Positions 1-9,577 of a DNA stretch of 64,000 nucleotides are shown piece after piece; position 1 is the stretch's first letter, and the number at the start of each line of letters is the position of its first letter. The stretch spans positions 30,006-94,005 of the forward strand of contig JAQXUQ010000020.1 of the NCBI GenBank assembly GCA_029224465.1, in the 5' to 3' direction. The notes under the pieces are model-generated. The model saw only the letters and a program-made list of their open reading frames with translations, ran no database searches and was not told the DNA's origin. A program made the position numbers and the translations under genes. This stretch comes from Bacillota bacterium. Lineage in GTDB: Bacteria > Bacillota > Clostridia > Lachnospirales > Lachnospiraceae.

Positions 1-1825
1 AAAAGCCCTGTACCTCTTCCCGAAGCAGCTTGTACGCCTTCTCCATCCACGGACGGTCACTCTCCCGGAAAATATAAGGCATCGCGGCAAAAACCGGAAC
101 GTCCTTTTCTTTTTGAAGTGTGCGCACATAACCGCAAATTCCGTTTTCCCCGGTGCCGGACGGAATCGTTCTGCAGCGCTCTCCGCGGAACGGGAAGGCG
201 CCGCTCCTTCCGCCGCCGGCCGGAGAGTCCTTGCAGTCTTCAGAAAGTTCAAGGACCAGAAGATCCGTAAGCGGTGTGTCTAAAAGAACGGCGGCGATTT
301 TCCCACCGGCATTCGCAGGGCCTTCGCCGCTCTCTTCGGACACTTCCCCGCATACTTCTAAAAGCTGCTGCATCGTGCTTACCATGATCCAGAGACCCGA
401 AGGCCCCGCCGATGTCGTGCCACGTTTGCTTTCTTTCAAAGAAGAACCTTCCGAAGACAGAACGCCAGACGGAGCAGACGCTTCCGCGGTATGCTCTCCA
501 CCGGCTGTGTTTTGCAGTAACAGCCTGTCCGCAAGCTCCGAAAGCGCGTTCCTTCGCAGGGCATTGATCGAAGAGGCCGGCAGAAATGATGCGTTGTCCG
601 TTTCAACAATGACTTTATCAAGAAGAAATGGTGTGTCTCCTGTCTTCTTGAGCCTTTCCCGCAGGGCCTCTTCGGAAACCGGCTGATTTTTCGCGGGCTG
701 GACCGTTTCTCCGGTCACGCGTACCGAAAGACCGGAATTTCCCGGAACCGTCACCTCGAGCGCGGCAGGCTTTCCCTGGATAAAAAACACCTTCCCGCGG
801 GCAGTGATTTTCCGGTCCCGGTCCAGATACTTCTTCTTAATGTCTGAAAGCAGCTGCTCGTCGGCTCCCGCGTAGCAGGACTGCGAGAGCGTCACCATGT
901 CCGCGCCGTTTCGTTTTTCGTAATATCCGCAGCCAAGTTCCTGGCGGATATAGAGTGAGAGCAGATGCTGACGGTCCTTCGCATCGATCTTCCAGGGCTC
1001 TTTTCTTCCTGCGGCATCCCATCCATAGAAACGGTCAATATACTTGCGATAGATGGCTGTTGTTCCGGCTGCGTATTCCGGCTTTTTCATGCGGCCCTCA
1101 ATCTTGAAAGAGTCAATGCCGCTGTCCATCAGCTCCGGAAGAATATCCAGAACGCACATGTCCTTCATGGAGAGCGGATAACAGTCTTTATCCGACAGCG
1201 CAGTGCACCCGTCGCTGTCCAGGATCGTAAAAGGCAGTCTGCAGGTTCCGGCACAGCGGCCTCTGTTTCCGCTCCTGCCGCCGAGGAAGCTCGACATCAG
1301 ACACCGACCGGAGTAGGAATAACACATCGCGCCGTGAATAAAAGTTTCAATTTCGATTCCTTCGTTCTTCAGAAGCCGGATCTCTTCAAGAGAAAGCTCT
1401 CTGGCCGGCACGATCCGGCAGACGCCGAGCCGCTTTAAATAGCGGACCGCTTCCTTTGTTGTTACGGACAGCTGCGTGCTGGCATGCAGAAGAAGGCCGG
1501 GGCACGCCTTCCGGAGGCGCCGCATAACACCGAGATCCTGCACAATCACGCCGTCCAGCCCCTTCTCATAAAGGCCCCGTACAAAGGAGGTAAGCTCGTT
1601 CAGTTCTCTTTGTCTGGTCAGCGTATTGACGGTTAAATAGACTTTTACGCCATACAGATGTGCGGTCCGGATTGCCGTTTCCAGCTCTTCCTGTGTAAAA
1701 TTATCGGCATAGGCTCTGGCACCGAATTTCTGTCCTGCCAGATAGACCGCGTCCGCGCCCGCGTTCAACGCTCCGCGGAACGCGTCCATACTTCCCGCCG
1801 GTGCCAGCAGCTCAACTTTATGCAT
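1..1825 (-). CDS. U32 family peptidase-like protein, long RlhA-like form (probable Fe-S RNA hydroxylase); 3' end runs off the window
   Basis: Not in the ORF track because there is no stop in the window. Manual translation from ATG at 1825 (RBS GAAAGGA): MHKVELLAPAGS...GADAVYL...HGAMCYSYSGRCLMSSFLGGRSGNRGRCAGTCR...SFKIEGRMK. The codons at the left edge are in the same frame. Confidence 0.9.
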   Translation of the reverse strand, partial: MHKVELLAPAGSMDAFRGALNAGADAVYLAGQKFGARAYADNFTQEELETAIRTAHLYGVKVYLTVNTLTRQRELNELTSFVRGLYEKGLDGVIVQDLGVMRRLRKACPGLLLHASTQLSVTTKEAVRYLKRLGVCRIVPARELSLEEIRLLKNEGIEIETFIHGAMCYSYSGRCLMSSFLGGRSGNRGRCAGTCRLPFTILDSDGCTALSDKDCYPLSMKDMCVLDILPELMDSGIDSFKIEGRMKKPEYAAGTTAIYRKYIDRFYGWDAAGRKEPWKIDAKDRQHLLSLYIRQELGCGYYEKRNGADMVTLSQSCYAGADEQLLSDIKKKYLDRDRKITARGKVFFIQGKPAALEVTVPGNSGLSVRVTGETVQPAKNQPVSEEALRERLKKTGDTPFLLDKVIVETDNASFLPASSINALRRNALSELADRLLLQNTAGGEHTAEASAPSGVLSSEGSSLKESKRGTTSAGPSGLWIMVSTMQQLLEVCGEVSEESGEGPANAGGKIAAVLLDTPLTDLLVLELSEDCKDSPAGGGRSGAFPFRGERCRTIPSGTGENGICGYVRTLQKEKDVPVFAAMPYIFRESDRPWMEKAYKLLREEVQGF

Positions 1826-1850
1826 ACGAATTCCTTTCAACTCTGCATTA

Positions 1851-1889
1851 AGAAAGGAGAGCGCAGGTAAATACTCGTGCACTCTCCCC
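1851..1889 (-). terminator. Probable intrinsic terminator after zapA
   Basis: Minus strand GGAGAGTGCA-N12-TGCGCTCTCC followed by TTTCTT. Confidence 0.55.
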
Positions 1890-1963
1890 AAAACAGATTT
1901 CTTCTTACCCTCTTCCGGCAGCATCAAGGCGATGCGATGCGGCCTTCGCACGCGGATCCGCGC

Positions 1964-2389
1964 TCAGCTGCGGCTTTTCTTGTCTTCTTCCCGCGTTTTC
2001 ATCTCCGTTTCAAGACGGATGATTTTCTTCGCGCTCTCGTCAAGATCCCTCTCGGTCTGCCGGAGCTTCTTCTCCGTGCTGTCCAGCTTCATCTGTGAAG
2101 TGACCAGCTCATGCTTGACATCATAAAGATCCTTCTCCTTCTGCCGGAGCTCCTCGCGCAGATCTTCACTCTCCTTGCGCGCATGAAAATAATCATCCGC
2201 GATATTGATCTGCATCAGCGTATTCCGGTAATCCGTATTCAGCTTGATATAGCCTTCGTTCTTACCGAACTCCGCAATCTTGCCGTTCAGATAGGAGGCA
2301 ATTTTCTGGAGGTATTCTTCACTGGCATAGCCGGCCAGCGTATAGACCTTGCCGTCAATAATTACTTCCGCGCTTGTCTTTGATGCCAT
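1964..2389 (-). CDS. zapA: Cell division protein ZapA with C-terminal coiled coil
   Basis: VIIDGKVYTL...EEYLQKIASYLNGKI...INIADDYF pattern, then a heptad-rich tail. Confidence 0.85.
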   Translation of the reverse strand: MASKTSAEVIIDGKVYTLAGYASEEYLQKIASYLNGKIAEFGKNEGYIKLNTDYRNTLMQINIADDYFHARKESEDLREELRQKEKDLYDVKHELVTSQMKLDSTEKKLRQTERDLDESAKKIIRLETEMKTREEDKKSRS

Positions 2390-2425
2390 TTCTTACCTCC
2401 GGAAACTTTGAATGAATCGAACTGA

Positions 2426-3436
2426 TTATATATCAGCGTCCTCTGGTAATTCAAGGTTTAAATGCCGGTATGCCAGGGGCGTCGCCATCCGGCCTCTGGG
2501 TGTCCGGCAAAGCAGACCGTTCTGCAAAAGATACGGCTCAATCACATCTTCGACTGTCCCCGCGTCCTCGCCGATCGCCGCGGCAAGCGTGTCCAGTCCT
2601 GCAGGGCCTCCGCCGAAGTTCTGAATCAGCGTCCGCAGAATTCTCTGATCGCTCCGGTCCAGCCCCATACTGTCAATGTCCATCATATCCAGCGCGGTTC
2701 TTGCGATTTCCTCTGTGATTTTTCCGTCATAGCGGACCTGTGCGAAATCCCGTACCCTTTTCAGAATTCTGTTCGCAAGCCGCGGTGTGCCGCGGCTTCT
2801 CCTCGCCATTTCCAGAGCACCCTGTTCTTCCACGTCGACATGCAGTTTATCCGCGGAGTTCAGGATGATCTTCTCCAGCTCGGGGACCTGATAAAACTCA
2901 AGACGGTTCAGCATGCCGAAGCGGTCTCTTAAGGGCGCTGATAAAAGGCCCGCCCGCGTCGTTGCACCAACCAGCGTGAACCTTGGCAGATTCAGACGGA
3001 TTGACCTTGCCGCCGCGCCTTTACCGATCATAATATCGATGGCGAAATCCTCCATCGCGGGATAAAGCACTTCCTCAACCTGTTTGTTCAGCCGGTGAAT
3101 TTCATCGACAAAGAGGATATCTCCCTCTTTAAGGCCGTTTAAAATCGCCGCCATTTCTCCCGGCTTTTCGATCGCGGGACCGCTCGTCACTTTAATATGA
3201 ACGCCCATTTCATTGGCGAGGATCTGGGCCAGCGTTGTTTTGCCAAGGCCCGGCGGCCCGTAAAACAGCATGTGGTCTAAAGGCTCCCCTCGCAGCTTCG
3301 CTGCGTCAATGGCGATCCTGACACTCTCTTTGATTTTCTCCTGCCCAATATAGTTATCCAGCGTCTGCGGGCGAAGCGTGTTCTCGATATTCGAGTCTTC
3401 TTCCGTAAAGCCGGTTTCAATCATGCGTCTTTCCAT
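2426..3436 (-). CDS. ruvB: Holliday junction branch migration helicase RuvB
   Basis: [12 protein letters not shown], Walker [34 protein letters not shown]. Confidence 0.98.
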   Translation of the reverse strand: MERRMIETGFTEEDSNIENTLRPQTLDNYIGQEKIKESVRIAIDAAKLRGEPLDHMLFYGPPGLGKTTLAQILANEMGVHIKVTSGPAIEKPGEMAAILNGLKEGDILFVDEIHRLNKQVEEVLYPAMEDFAIDIMIGKGAAARSIRLNLPRFTLVGATTRAGLLSAPLRDRFGMLNRLEFYQVPELEKIILNSADKLHVDVEEQGALEMARRSRGTPRLANRILKRVRDFAQVRYDGKITEEIARTALDMMDIDSMGLDRSDQRILRTLIQNFGGGPAGLDTLAAAIGEDAGTVEDVIEPYLLQNGLLCRTPRGRMATPLAYRHLNLELPEDADI

Positions 3437-3455
3437 AAATGCTGCAGTTCCATCT

Positions 3456-3899
3456 TCAATGATTCATATCCTCGTCATCTGGTTCAAGACTGTCCGGAAT
3501 TCCGTCGCCGTCCGTATCCTCCGCATCCCGCATCTGCGCGTCAATGGCGCCCATGTTCTCCCGCGCGTAGACGTGATTGCGGCGCCTCGACTCTTCCACC
3601 ATGTCGGAAAGCATTTCCTTTACTTCTCTTGGATTTTTAATGTTGAGGATATCGAAATTTTTCATCGTCTTGTCGGAAGAATCACAGTGGATGGTCCCCG
3701 TGTGCAGAATCCGCTGCCAGAGGGATTCCGTCAGCGTGATATCCGAAATGCGGTACAGGCGGATCTCGTCATCCCTGCGGTTTAAAAAGCCGGTTGTAAT
3801 ATAAAGGATATCCGGAGATGTTTCGTACACTGTAAACGTCCAGGGAAGTCCGAAAGCATTTCTTTTTCTGTCGTGCCAGAGCGATTTTGCATGGATCAT
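3456..3899 (-). CDS. Bacterial PH-domain (bPH_2-like) protein with acidic tail
   Basis: [34 protein letters not shown] pattern; C-terminal DTDGDGIPD. Confidence 0.7.
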   Translation of the reverse strand: MIHAKSLWHDRKRNAFGLPWTFTVYETSPDILYITTGFLNRRDDEIRLYRISDITLTESLWQRILHTGTIHCDSSDKTMKNFDILNIKNPREVKEMLSDMVEESRRRNHVYARENMGAIDAQMRDAEDTDGDGIPDSLEPDDEDMNH

Positions 3900-3911
3900 G
3901 AGAAACCTCCT

Positions 3912-4526
3912 CTATCCTAAATATCGAAGTGCCTGACTAAGAAGCGTCTGCGTATCCTGCGCGCCGTCCGTTTCTGCCTTCTTCACTGCCTTTACCGCGT
4001 CAAGGCGCGCGTAGCCGAGCGCCGTCAGCGCCTCGAGCGCGTCCGCAGCCGCGGTTCCCTCTTCCGCCAGCGGTCCTGTAACCACAGCCTCCGCGGCTTC
4101 CTCCGTGCCGGATACGGGGAACCTCTGCATCTTGTCGCGCAGATCGATAACAAGCCGTTCCGCGGTCTTTCTGCCGATGCCGGGTGCTTTCGAAAGCGAC
4201 TTCGCGTCGCCTGAAAGAATCGCGAAACGAAGATCGTCGGCGCCGAGGCTGGATAACAGAGACAGTCCGCCCTTCGGACCGATACCGCTGACGGTAATCA
4301 GCTGCCGGAACAGCGAAAGCTCGTCTTTCGACGGAAAACCATACAGCACCATTGCGTCTTCCCGCAGATACAGATAAGTAAACAGCGTCACTGCATCGCC
4401 TCCGGCGCCGGAAAGCATCGCCGCCGTCTGCGCGCTGACAAGCACCTCAAAGCCGATGCCGTTCACATCAAGGACAACACTGTCCCCGTTATTTTCCGCT
4501 ATTATTCCTCGTAATCTGGAAATCAA
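3912..4526 (-). CDS. ruvA: Holliday junction DNA-binding protein RuvA (TTG start at 4526; ORF track over-extends)
   Basis: ISRLRGII...LDVNGIGFEV...LYGF...VSGIGPK...APGIGRKTAERL...ALTALGY; RBS GAGG before TTG. Confidence 0.96.
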   Translation of the reverse strand: MISRLRGIIAENNGDSVVLDVNGIGFEVLVSAQTAAMLSGAGGDAVTLFTYLYLREDAMVLYGFPSKDELSLFRQLITVSGIGPKGGLSLLSSLGADDLRFAILSGDAKSLSKAPGIGRKTAERLVIDLRDKMQRFPVSGTEEAAEAVVTGPLAEEGTAAADALEALTALGYARLDAVKAVKKAETDGAQDTQTLLSQALRYLG

Positions 4527-4570
4527 ACCGTGACCTCGCTTGTATAAACTGCTTCCAGTGTACCATAAAC

Positions 4571-4585
4571 AGAACACTTTGTTCG
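4571..4585. promoter_or_regulatory. LexA (SOS)-box-like inverted repeat upstream of ruvA, with atypical 5-bp spacer
   Basis: AGAAC-ACTTT-GTTCG; the canonical Firmicute box is GAAC-N4-GTTC. Overlaps the -35/spacer of a putative ruvA promoter (-10 TGGTACACT on minus). Confidence 0.45.
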
Positions 4586-4666
4586 AATTTCTTGTTTGAC
4601 TTGCCGGCAGGAGTGAAAAAGGATATGCTGAAATACGTAAAATCAATTGGAAAGGACATCGAAACA

Positions 4667-5416
4667 ATGCGGCTGATCTTTGTCCGGCACGCGGAGCCGG
4701 ATTACGAACATAACACTTTGACACAGAAGGGATTTCGCGAGGCAGAGCTTCTTGCGCCGAGGGCAGCAGGCTGGAACGCCTGCCGGTATTTCACATCACC
4801 TCTTAACAGGGCGAAGCTGACCGCAGCGCCGGCCCTGTCTCTTCTTGGAAGGGAAGCCGAGATTGTTCCATGGATACAGGAATTCTCCTACATGGTGACA
4901 GATCCCGTAACAGGCCGCGTCGGCGTGCCGTGGGATTTTATGCCGGCATACTGGACAGAACAGGAAGAACTGCATGACCGACATCGCTTCTACCGGCATC
5001 CTGTTCTTTCGTCAAACCCTGAATATGAACCGGCTGTCATGGCGCTTCGGAAAGGCCTTAACGAAATTCTCGCCGGTTACGGCCTGACCCGGTGCGGCGA
5101 CTATTACAGACATGATCCAGCGGTGAACTGCGATGTGACACTCGCCTTTTTCGCGCATCTTGGCGCAAACTGCGAAGCGATAGGTTATCTGCTTGGCATC
5201 TCGCCGCTTGTTTTACAGCAGACACTTTATCTGGCGCCCTCCTCGGTCAGCGTTCTGAACTCCGAAGAGCGTATAAAGGGTGAGCTGATGTTCCGCGCGC
5301 AGTTCATCGGAGATACTTCGCACCTTACTTCTTCCGGAGAGCCCGTTTCCATGATGGGTTCCTTCTCGGAGAGCATCCTGCAGGAGACTCCCCGGAAGGA
5401 AGATACTTCACTTTGA
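4667..5416 (+). CDS. Histidine phosphatase (phosphoglycerate mutase-like) family protein
   Basis: [37 protein letters not shown]; RBS GAAAGGA before ATG 4667. Confidence 0.85.
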   Translation: MRLIFVRHAEPDYEHNTLTQKGFREAELLAPRAAGWNACRYFTSPLNRAKLTAAPALSLLGREAEIVPWIQEFSYMVTDPVTGRVGVPWDFMPAYWTEQEELHDRHRFYRHPVLSSNPEYEPAVMALRKGLNEILAGYGLTRCGDYYRHDPAVNCDVTLAFFAHLGANCEAIGYLLGISPLVLQQTLYLAPSSVSVLNSEERIKGELMFRAQFIGDTSHLTSSGEPVSMMGSFSESILQETPRKEDTSL

Positions 5417-5896
5417 ATTCACATAATTAATCAGTCCGCCGGCATCTATGATTTTCTGCATGAACGGAGGAAACGCCTGCCCCCGGAAGGTCTTCCCGGT
5501 CGTTTCATCGGTAATCATACCGCTTTCAAAATCCACGGATACAATATCGCCTTCCCGAATCTCCCGCGCTGCTTCAGCGCACTCTACAATCGGCAGTCCG
5601 ATATTAATGGCGTTCCTGTAGAAAATTCTGGCGAACGTCGGCGCGATTACACAGCATACGCCGGCAGCCTTGATCGCAAGCGGCGCGTGTTCCCGCGAAG
5701 AACCGCAGCCGAAGTTTTTGCCGGCGACGATAATATCACCGTTCCTTACCTTGCCCGCAAAAGACGCGTCAATATCTTCCATGCAGTGCGCGGCGAGAAC
5801 TTCAGGCTCGGACGATGCCAGATATCTTGCCGGAATAATCACGTCCGTATCTACATTTTCGCCAAAACAGAATACCCGTCCTTCAGCTTCTTTCAT
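5408..5896 (-). CDS. leuD: 3-isopropylmalate dehydratase small subunit
   Basis: [42 protein letters not shown]. Confidence 0.96.
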   Translation of the reverse strand: MKEAEGRVFCFGENVDTDVIIPARYLASSEPEVLAAHCMEDIDASFAGKVRNGDIIVAGKNFGCGSSREHAPLAIKAAGVCCVIAPTFARIFYRNAINIGLPIVECAEAAREIREGDIVSVDFESGMITDETTGKTFRGQAFPPFMQKIIDAGGLINYVNSK

Positions 5897-7169
5897 ATGT
5901 GCCTCCTGTAAACGCCGTAGGATCGGCGATTTTTCCGCAAAGAGCGCTGGCCGCCGCTGTTGCGGGGCTTGCCAGATAAATCTCGGATGTCACATCGCCC
6001 ATTCTTCCGACAAAATTACGGTTCGTTGTTGAAACACACCTTTCGCCTGCCGCGAGGATTCCCATGTATCCGCCAAGGCACGGTCCGCAGGTCGGTGTCG
6101 ATACAACTGCGCCCGCCTCGAGGAAGGTCTTAATCAGCCCCTCTTCCATTGCCTGCAGATAGATTTTATTGGTCGCGGGGATCACAATGCAGCGCATTCC
6201 CTTCGCGATATGTCTGCCCTGCAGGATCATCGCGGCAGCACGCAGATCACTGATTCTGCCGTTCGTGCAGGAGCCGATAACGACCTGATCAACCGGGATG
6301 TCCGGAATATCATCGAATGTCCTTGCGTTTTCCGGCAGGTGCGGAAAGGCGACCGTGGGTTTGATCTTTGAAAGATCAATCTCGTATTCCGCCGTATATT
6401 CGGCGTCCGCGTCCGCTTCAAAGATCTTTCCGGGCCGGGCTCCATGTTCTTTCTCATACGCAAGTGCGGCCTCGTCTACCGGGAAGATGCCGTTCTTCGC
6501 GCCGGCTTCAATAGCCATATTGCAGATTGTAAAACGGTCATCCATGCTGAGGGAAGCAACACCTTCGCCTGTAAACTCCATCGACTGGTATAGCGCGCCG
6601 TCAACGCCGATCATTCCGATGATGTGCAGAATCACATCCTTGCCGGAAACCGGAGGCTGCAGGGAGCCTTTTAAAAGAAAGCGGATCGCGGAAGGAACCT
6701 TGAACCACGCCTTTCCGGAAGCCATGCCGGCTGCCATATCGGTGGAGCCCACGCCGGTCGCGAACGCGCCCAGAGCACCGTATGTGCAGGTATGCGAATC
6801 AGCGCCGATAATAACGTCTCCCGGAGAAACAAGTCCGCGTTCCGGCAGCAGCGCGTGCTCGATGCCCATTTCTCCGACCTCGAAATAATTTGTGATCCGG
6901 TTTTTTCTGGCGAATTCCCGCACGCATTTGCAGTTTTCCGCCGACTTGATATCCTTGGCAGGTACAAAATGGTCCGGTACCAGAGCGATTTTATCCTTAT
7001 CAAATACGCCCTTTTTCGTGAAGCGGTCCATCTCGCGGATCGCGACAGGCGCGGTAATGTCATTTCCAAGAACGAGATTCAGCTCCGATTCAATCAGATC
7101 TCCCGCGCGGACACTGTCAAGCCCCGCGCCGGCAGCAAGAATCTTCTGCGTCATAGTCATTCCCATCAT
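5883..7169 (-). CDS. leuC: 3-isopropylmalate dehydratase large subunit
   Basis: [41 protein letters not shown]; paired with leuD. Confidence 0.96.
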   Translation of the reverse strand: MMGMTMTQKILAAGAGLDSVRAGDLIESELNLVLGNDITAPVAIREMDRFTKKGVFDKDKIALVPDHFVPAKDIKSAENCKCVREFARKNRITNYFEVGEMGIEHALLPERGLVSPGDVIIGADSHTCTYGALGAFATGVGSTDMAAGMASGKAWFKVPSAIRFLLKGSLQPPVSGKDVILHIIGMIGVDGALYQSMEFTGEGVASLSMDDRFTICNMAIEAGAKNGIFPVDEAALAYEKEHGARPGKIFEADADAEYTAEYEIDLSKIKPTVAFPHLPENARTFDDIPDIPVDQVVIGSCTNGRISDLRAAAMILQGRHIAKGMRCIVIPATNKIYLQAMEEGLIKTFLEAGAVVSTPTCGPCLGGYMGILAAGERCVSTTNRNFVGRMGDVTSEIYLASPATAAASALCGKIADPTAFTGGTYERS

Positions 7170-7185
7170 CGAAACCTCCGTTGTT

Positions 7186-7214
7186 AAAAAAGAGCAGGGA
7201 AAAGTTCCCTGCTC
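7186..7214 (-). terminator. Intrinsic terminator between ilvC and leuC
   Basis: Minus strand GAGCAGGGAA-CTT-TTCCCTGCTC then TTTTTT. Confidence 0.75.
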
Positions 7215-7236
7215 CCGTAATTACACGTGCCCCCGA

Positions 7237-8256
7237 TCAGTTGTTGATCAGCTTGTCGGACTCGTTGTTCCAGCTGTAAAGTTTGCGGATCTCTCTGCCG
7301 ATCTCTTCGGAAGGATGCGCAGCCGCCTTTTTCTTCATCGCCTGGAAGTGAATCTGTCCGTTGTTCATGTCCTGAATGAACTCGGAAGCGAATGTGCCGT
7401 CCTGAATGTCGGAAAGGACTTTCTTCATGGCTTCCTTGACAGCCGGCGTCACAATCTTGGGTCCGGTTACATAATCGCCGTATTCCGCTGTGTTGGAAAT
7501 CGAATATCTCATGCCCGCGAAACCGGACTGATAAATCAGATCGACAATCAGCTTCATCTCGTGGATGCACTCAAAGTACGCATTGCGGGGATCATAACCT
7601 GCTTCGCACAGCACCTCAAAGCCGGTCTGCATCAGCGCGCATACGCCGCCGCAGAGAACTGCCTGCTCACCGAACAGATCCGTTTCGGTCTCTGTCTTGA
7701 ACGTTGTCTCCAGAATGCCTGCGCGCGCGCCGCCGATCGCCGCGCCATACGCAAGTGCCATATCGAGCGCCTTGCCTGTCGCGTCCTGCTCTACGGCAAC
7801 GAGCATCGGTGTTCCCTTGCCTTCCTGATACTCCGAACGTACGGTATGTCCGGGAGCCTTCGGCGCGATCATTGTTACATCAACGTCCTTGGGAGGAACA
7901 ATCAGCTTGTAGTTGATGTTGAAGCCATGCGCGAACATCAGCATATCGCCGGCCTTTAAGTTCGGCTCAACGTCTTTCTTGTACATGGCAGCCTGTTTCT
8001 CATCGTTAATCAGGATCATGATGATATCAGACTCTTTGACTGCCTGCGCTGTCGGCAGAACGGTCAGTCCCTGCGCTTCTGCCTTTGCCTTCGACCTTGA
8101 GCCCTCATAGAGACCTACGACAACGTCACAGCCGGAATCCTTGAGGTTCAGCGCATGCGCGTGACCCTGGGAGCCATAGCCGATGATGCAGATCTTCTTT
8201 CCCTCGAGCAGGGATATGTTACAGTCTTCCTGATAGAAAATTCTAGCTTCCGCCAT
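7237..8256 (-). CDS. ilvC: Ketol-acid reductoisomerase
   Basis: [57 protein letters not shown]. Confidence 0.98.
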   Translation of the reverse strand: MAEARIFYQEDCNISLLEGKKICIIGYGSQGHAHALNLKDSGCDVVVGLYEGSRSKAKAEAQGLTVLPTAQAVKESDIIMILINDEKQAAMYKKDVEPNLKAGDMLMFAHGFNINYKLIVPPKDVDVTMIAPKAPGHTVRSEYQEGKGTPMLVAVEQDATGKALDMALAYGAAIGGARAGILETTFKTETETDLFGEQAVLCGGVCALMQTGFEVLCEAGYDPRNAYFECIHEMKLIVDLIYQSGFAGMRYSISNTAEYGDYVTGPKIVTPAVKEAMKKVLSDIQDGTFASEFIQDMNNGQIHFQAMKKKAAAHPSEEIGREIRKLYSWNNESDKLINN

Positions 8257-8329
8257 TTTTCATTCCTCCATAATTGCTGTTCTATATCTTCCGAATGCCG
8301 CCTGTGCGGTACCCGGGATATACGCTGCG

Positions 8330-8890
8330 TCAGTGAATCCTCTTTCCGTCCCTGTCATACATCGGACGGACAGCGCCGTTCTCATCGATATCGAGGACGT
8401 TCTTTACGCCCCGTCCGAGACCGGCGACGCCGGTGCGCGCAATTTCAAGAATCTCATACCCGTCCAGCAGGCGGACAAACGCTTCAATCTTCTCCTGTCC
8501 TCCTGTCACCTCGATCATCAGGCTCTCCGGCGCCACATCTATGATGCCCGCGCGGAAAATATTGGCAAGCGCGATAACGCCCTGCCTCTGCGCGTCCGTG
8601 CACGCGACTTTAATCATCGCGAGCTCTCTGTAAACCGACTCCTCCGGGCGCAGCTCATGGATGTCACGTACGTCAATCAGCTTGCGCAGCTGTTTCTCAA
8701 TCTGATCAAGGATGTCATCATCTCCGGAAGCCACAATCGTAATTCTTGTAATCAGAGGATTCGCGGTTGTGCCGGCTGTGATGGATTCAATATTGTACCC
8801 GCGTCTTGAAAAAAGCCCCGAAATCCGGCTCAGTACACCGGAAGTATTGTCTACCAGGAGCTGAAACACTTTTCTGTGCATCTCTTCCAT
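8330..8890 (-). CDS. ilvN: Acetolactate synthase small (regulatory) subunit, canonical copy
   Basis: DNTSGVLSRISGLFSRRGYNIESI, QIEKQLRKLIDV, EIARTGVAGL; start ATG 8890 after AGGTAGG. Confidence 0.93.
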   Translation of the reverse strand: MEEMHRKVFQLLVDNTSGVLSRISGLFSRRGYNIESITAGTTANPLITRITIVASGDDDILDQIEKQLRKLIDVRDIHELRPEESVYRELAMIKVACTDAQRQGVIALANIFRAGIIDVAPESLMIEVTGGQEKIEAFVRLLDGYEILEIARTGVAGLGRGVKNVLDIDENGAVRPMYDRDGKRIH

Positions 8891-8976
8891 AATCCTACCT
8901 CGTGCGGGAATCTGTGCATTCATATGTATTCTGTTGCAAGTGGTATACAGAAATCGTATGAATGACGATTGCACCT

Positions 8977-9005
8977 ATTATAGGCTCGCTATTTGCAAAT
9001 TGCAA
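8977..9005 (-). promoter_or_regulatory. Sigma70/SigA-type promoter for ilvN-ilvC
   Basis: TTGCAA-17 bp-TATAAT on minus strand. Confidence 0.75.
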
Positions 9006-9070
9006 CGGCCGTGACGGCATTGTTCCATTTCAATTTCATATGTTCCATATGAAAAATGTATTATAAAGTC

Positions 9071-9562
9071 TCAGTCTTTTCCGCTCTCGCTGCATTTTGT
9101 CACGGCAAGCGTTCCTGTTCTTGTGATTTCCACAATCCGGATTGTTTTGAATGTATCCAGAAACATCTGGACGCGTTCCGGCGTATCACAGATCTGAATG
9201 GTCATCATGGATCCCGACATATCCACGATCTGCGCGCCCATAATCGAACAGTTCTCCATGATGTCGCGCCGGTTTGTCCTGTTATAGTGCACTTTGATCA
9301 GCATCAGCTCTCTGCTGACAGCTTCCTGCTCGGAAAACGTCTTGACCTTGATGACATCCAGCTTTTTGTTCAGCTGTTTTTCGATCTGCTCGAGTGTTTT
9401 GTCATCTCCCGAAGAAACAATAACCATATGAGAAACCGTATGATCATCGGTTTCTCCTACAGCCAGCGAATCGATGTTAAAACACCGCCGCCAGAAAAGC
9501 CCCGCGACTTTGCACAGTACGCCGGCCCGGTTTTCAACCAGTACAGAATAAATCCGTTTCAT
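9071..9562 (-). CDS. ilvN: Acetolactate synthase small subunit, divergent second copy
   Basis: ENRAGVLCKVAGLFWRRCFNIDSL, QIEKQLNKKLDV, EITRTGTLAV. Confidence 0.9.
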   Translation of the reverse strand: MKRIYSVLVENRAGVLCKVAGLFWRRCFNIDSLAVGETDDHTVSHMVIVSSGDDKTLEQIEKQLNKKLDVIKVKTFSEQEAVSRELMLIKVHYNRTNRRDIMENCSIMGAQIVDMSGSMMTIQICDTPERVQMFLDTFKTIRIVEITRTGTLAVTKCSESGKD

Positions 9563-9577
9563 TCCATTCCTCCAACC

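Noticed and set aside
1826-1963. Possible 6S RNA downstream of zapA
   Set aside because: The gap is only 138 bp, contains a terminator-like hairpin and the next gene's RBS, and shows no long rod with a central bubble.
4527-4724. ORF-track N-terminal extensions of ruvA (and similarly gpsA, pta, tmcAL, plsX, ilvB, ychF)
   Set aside because: Conserved sequence and Shine-Dalgarno motifs start at the downstream codons used above; the extensions overlap promoters or neighbouring genes.
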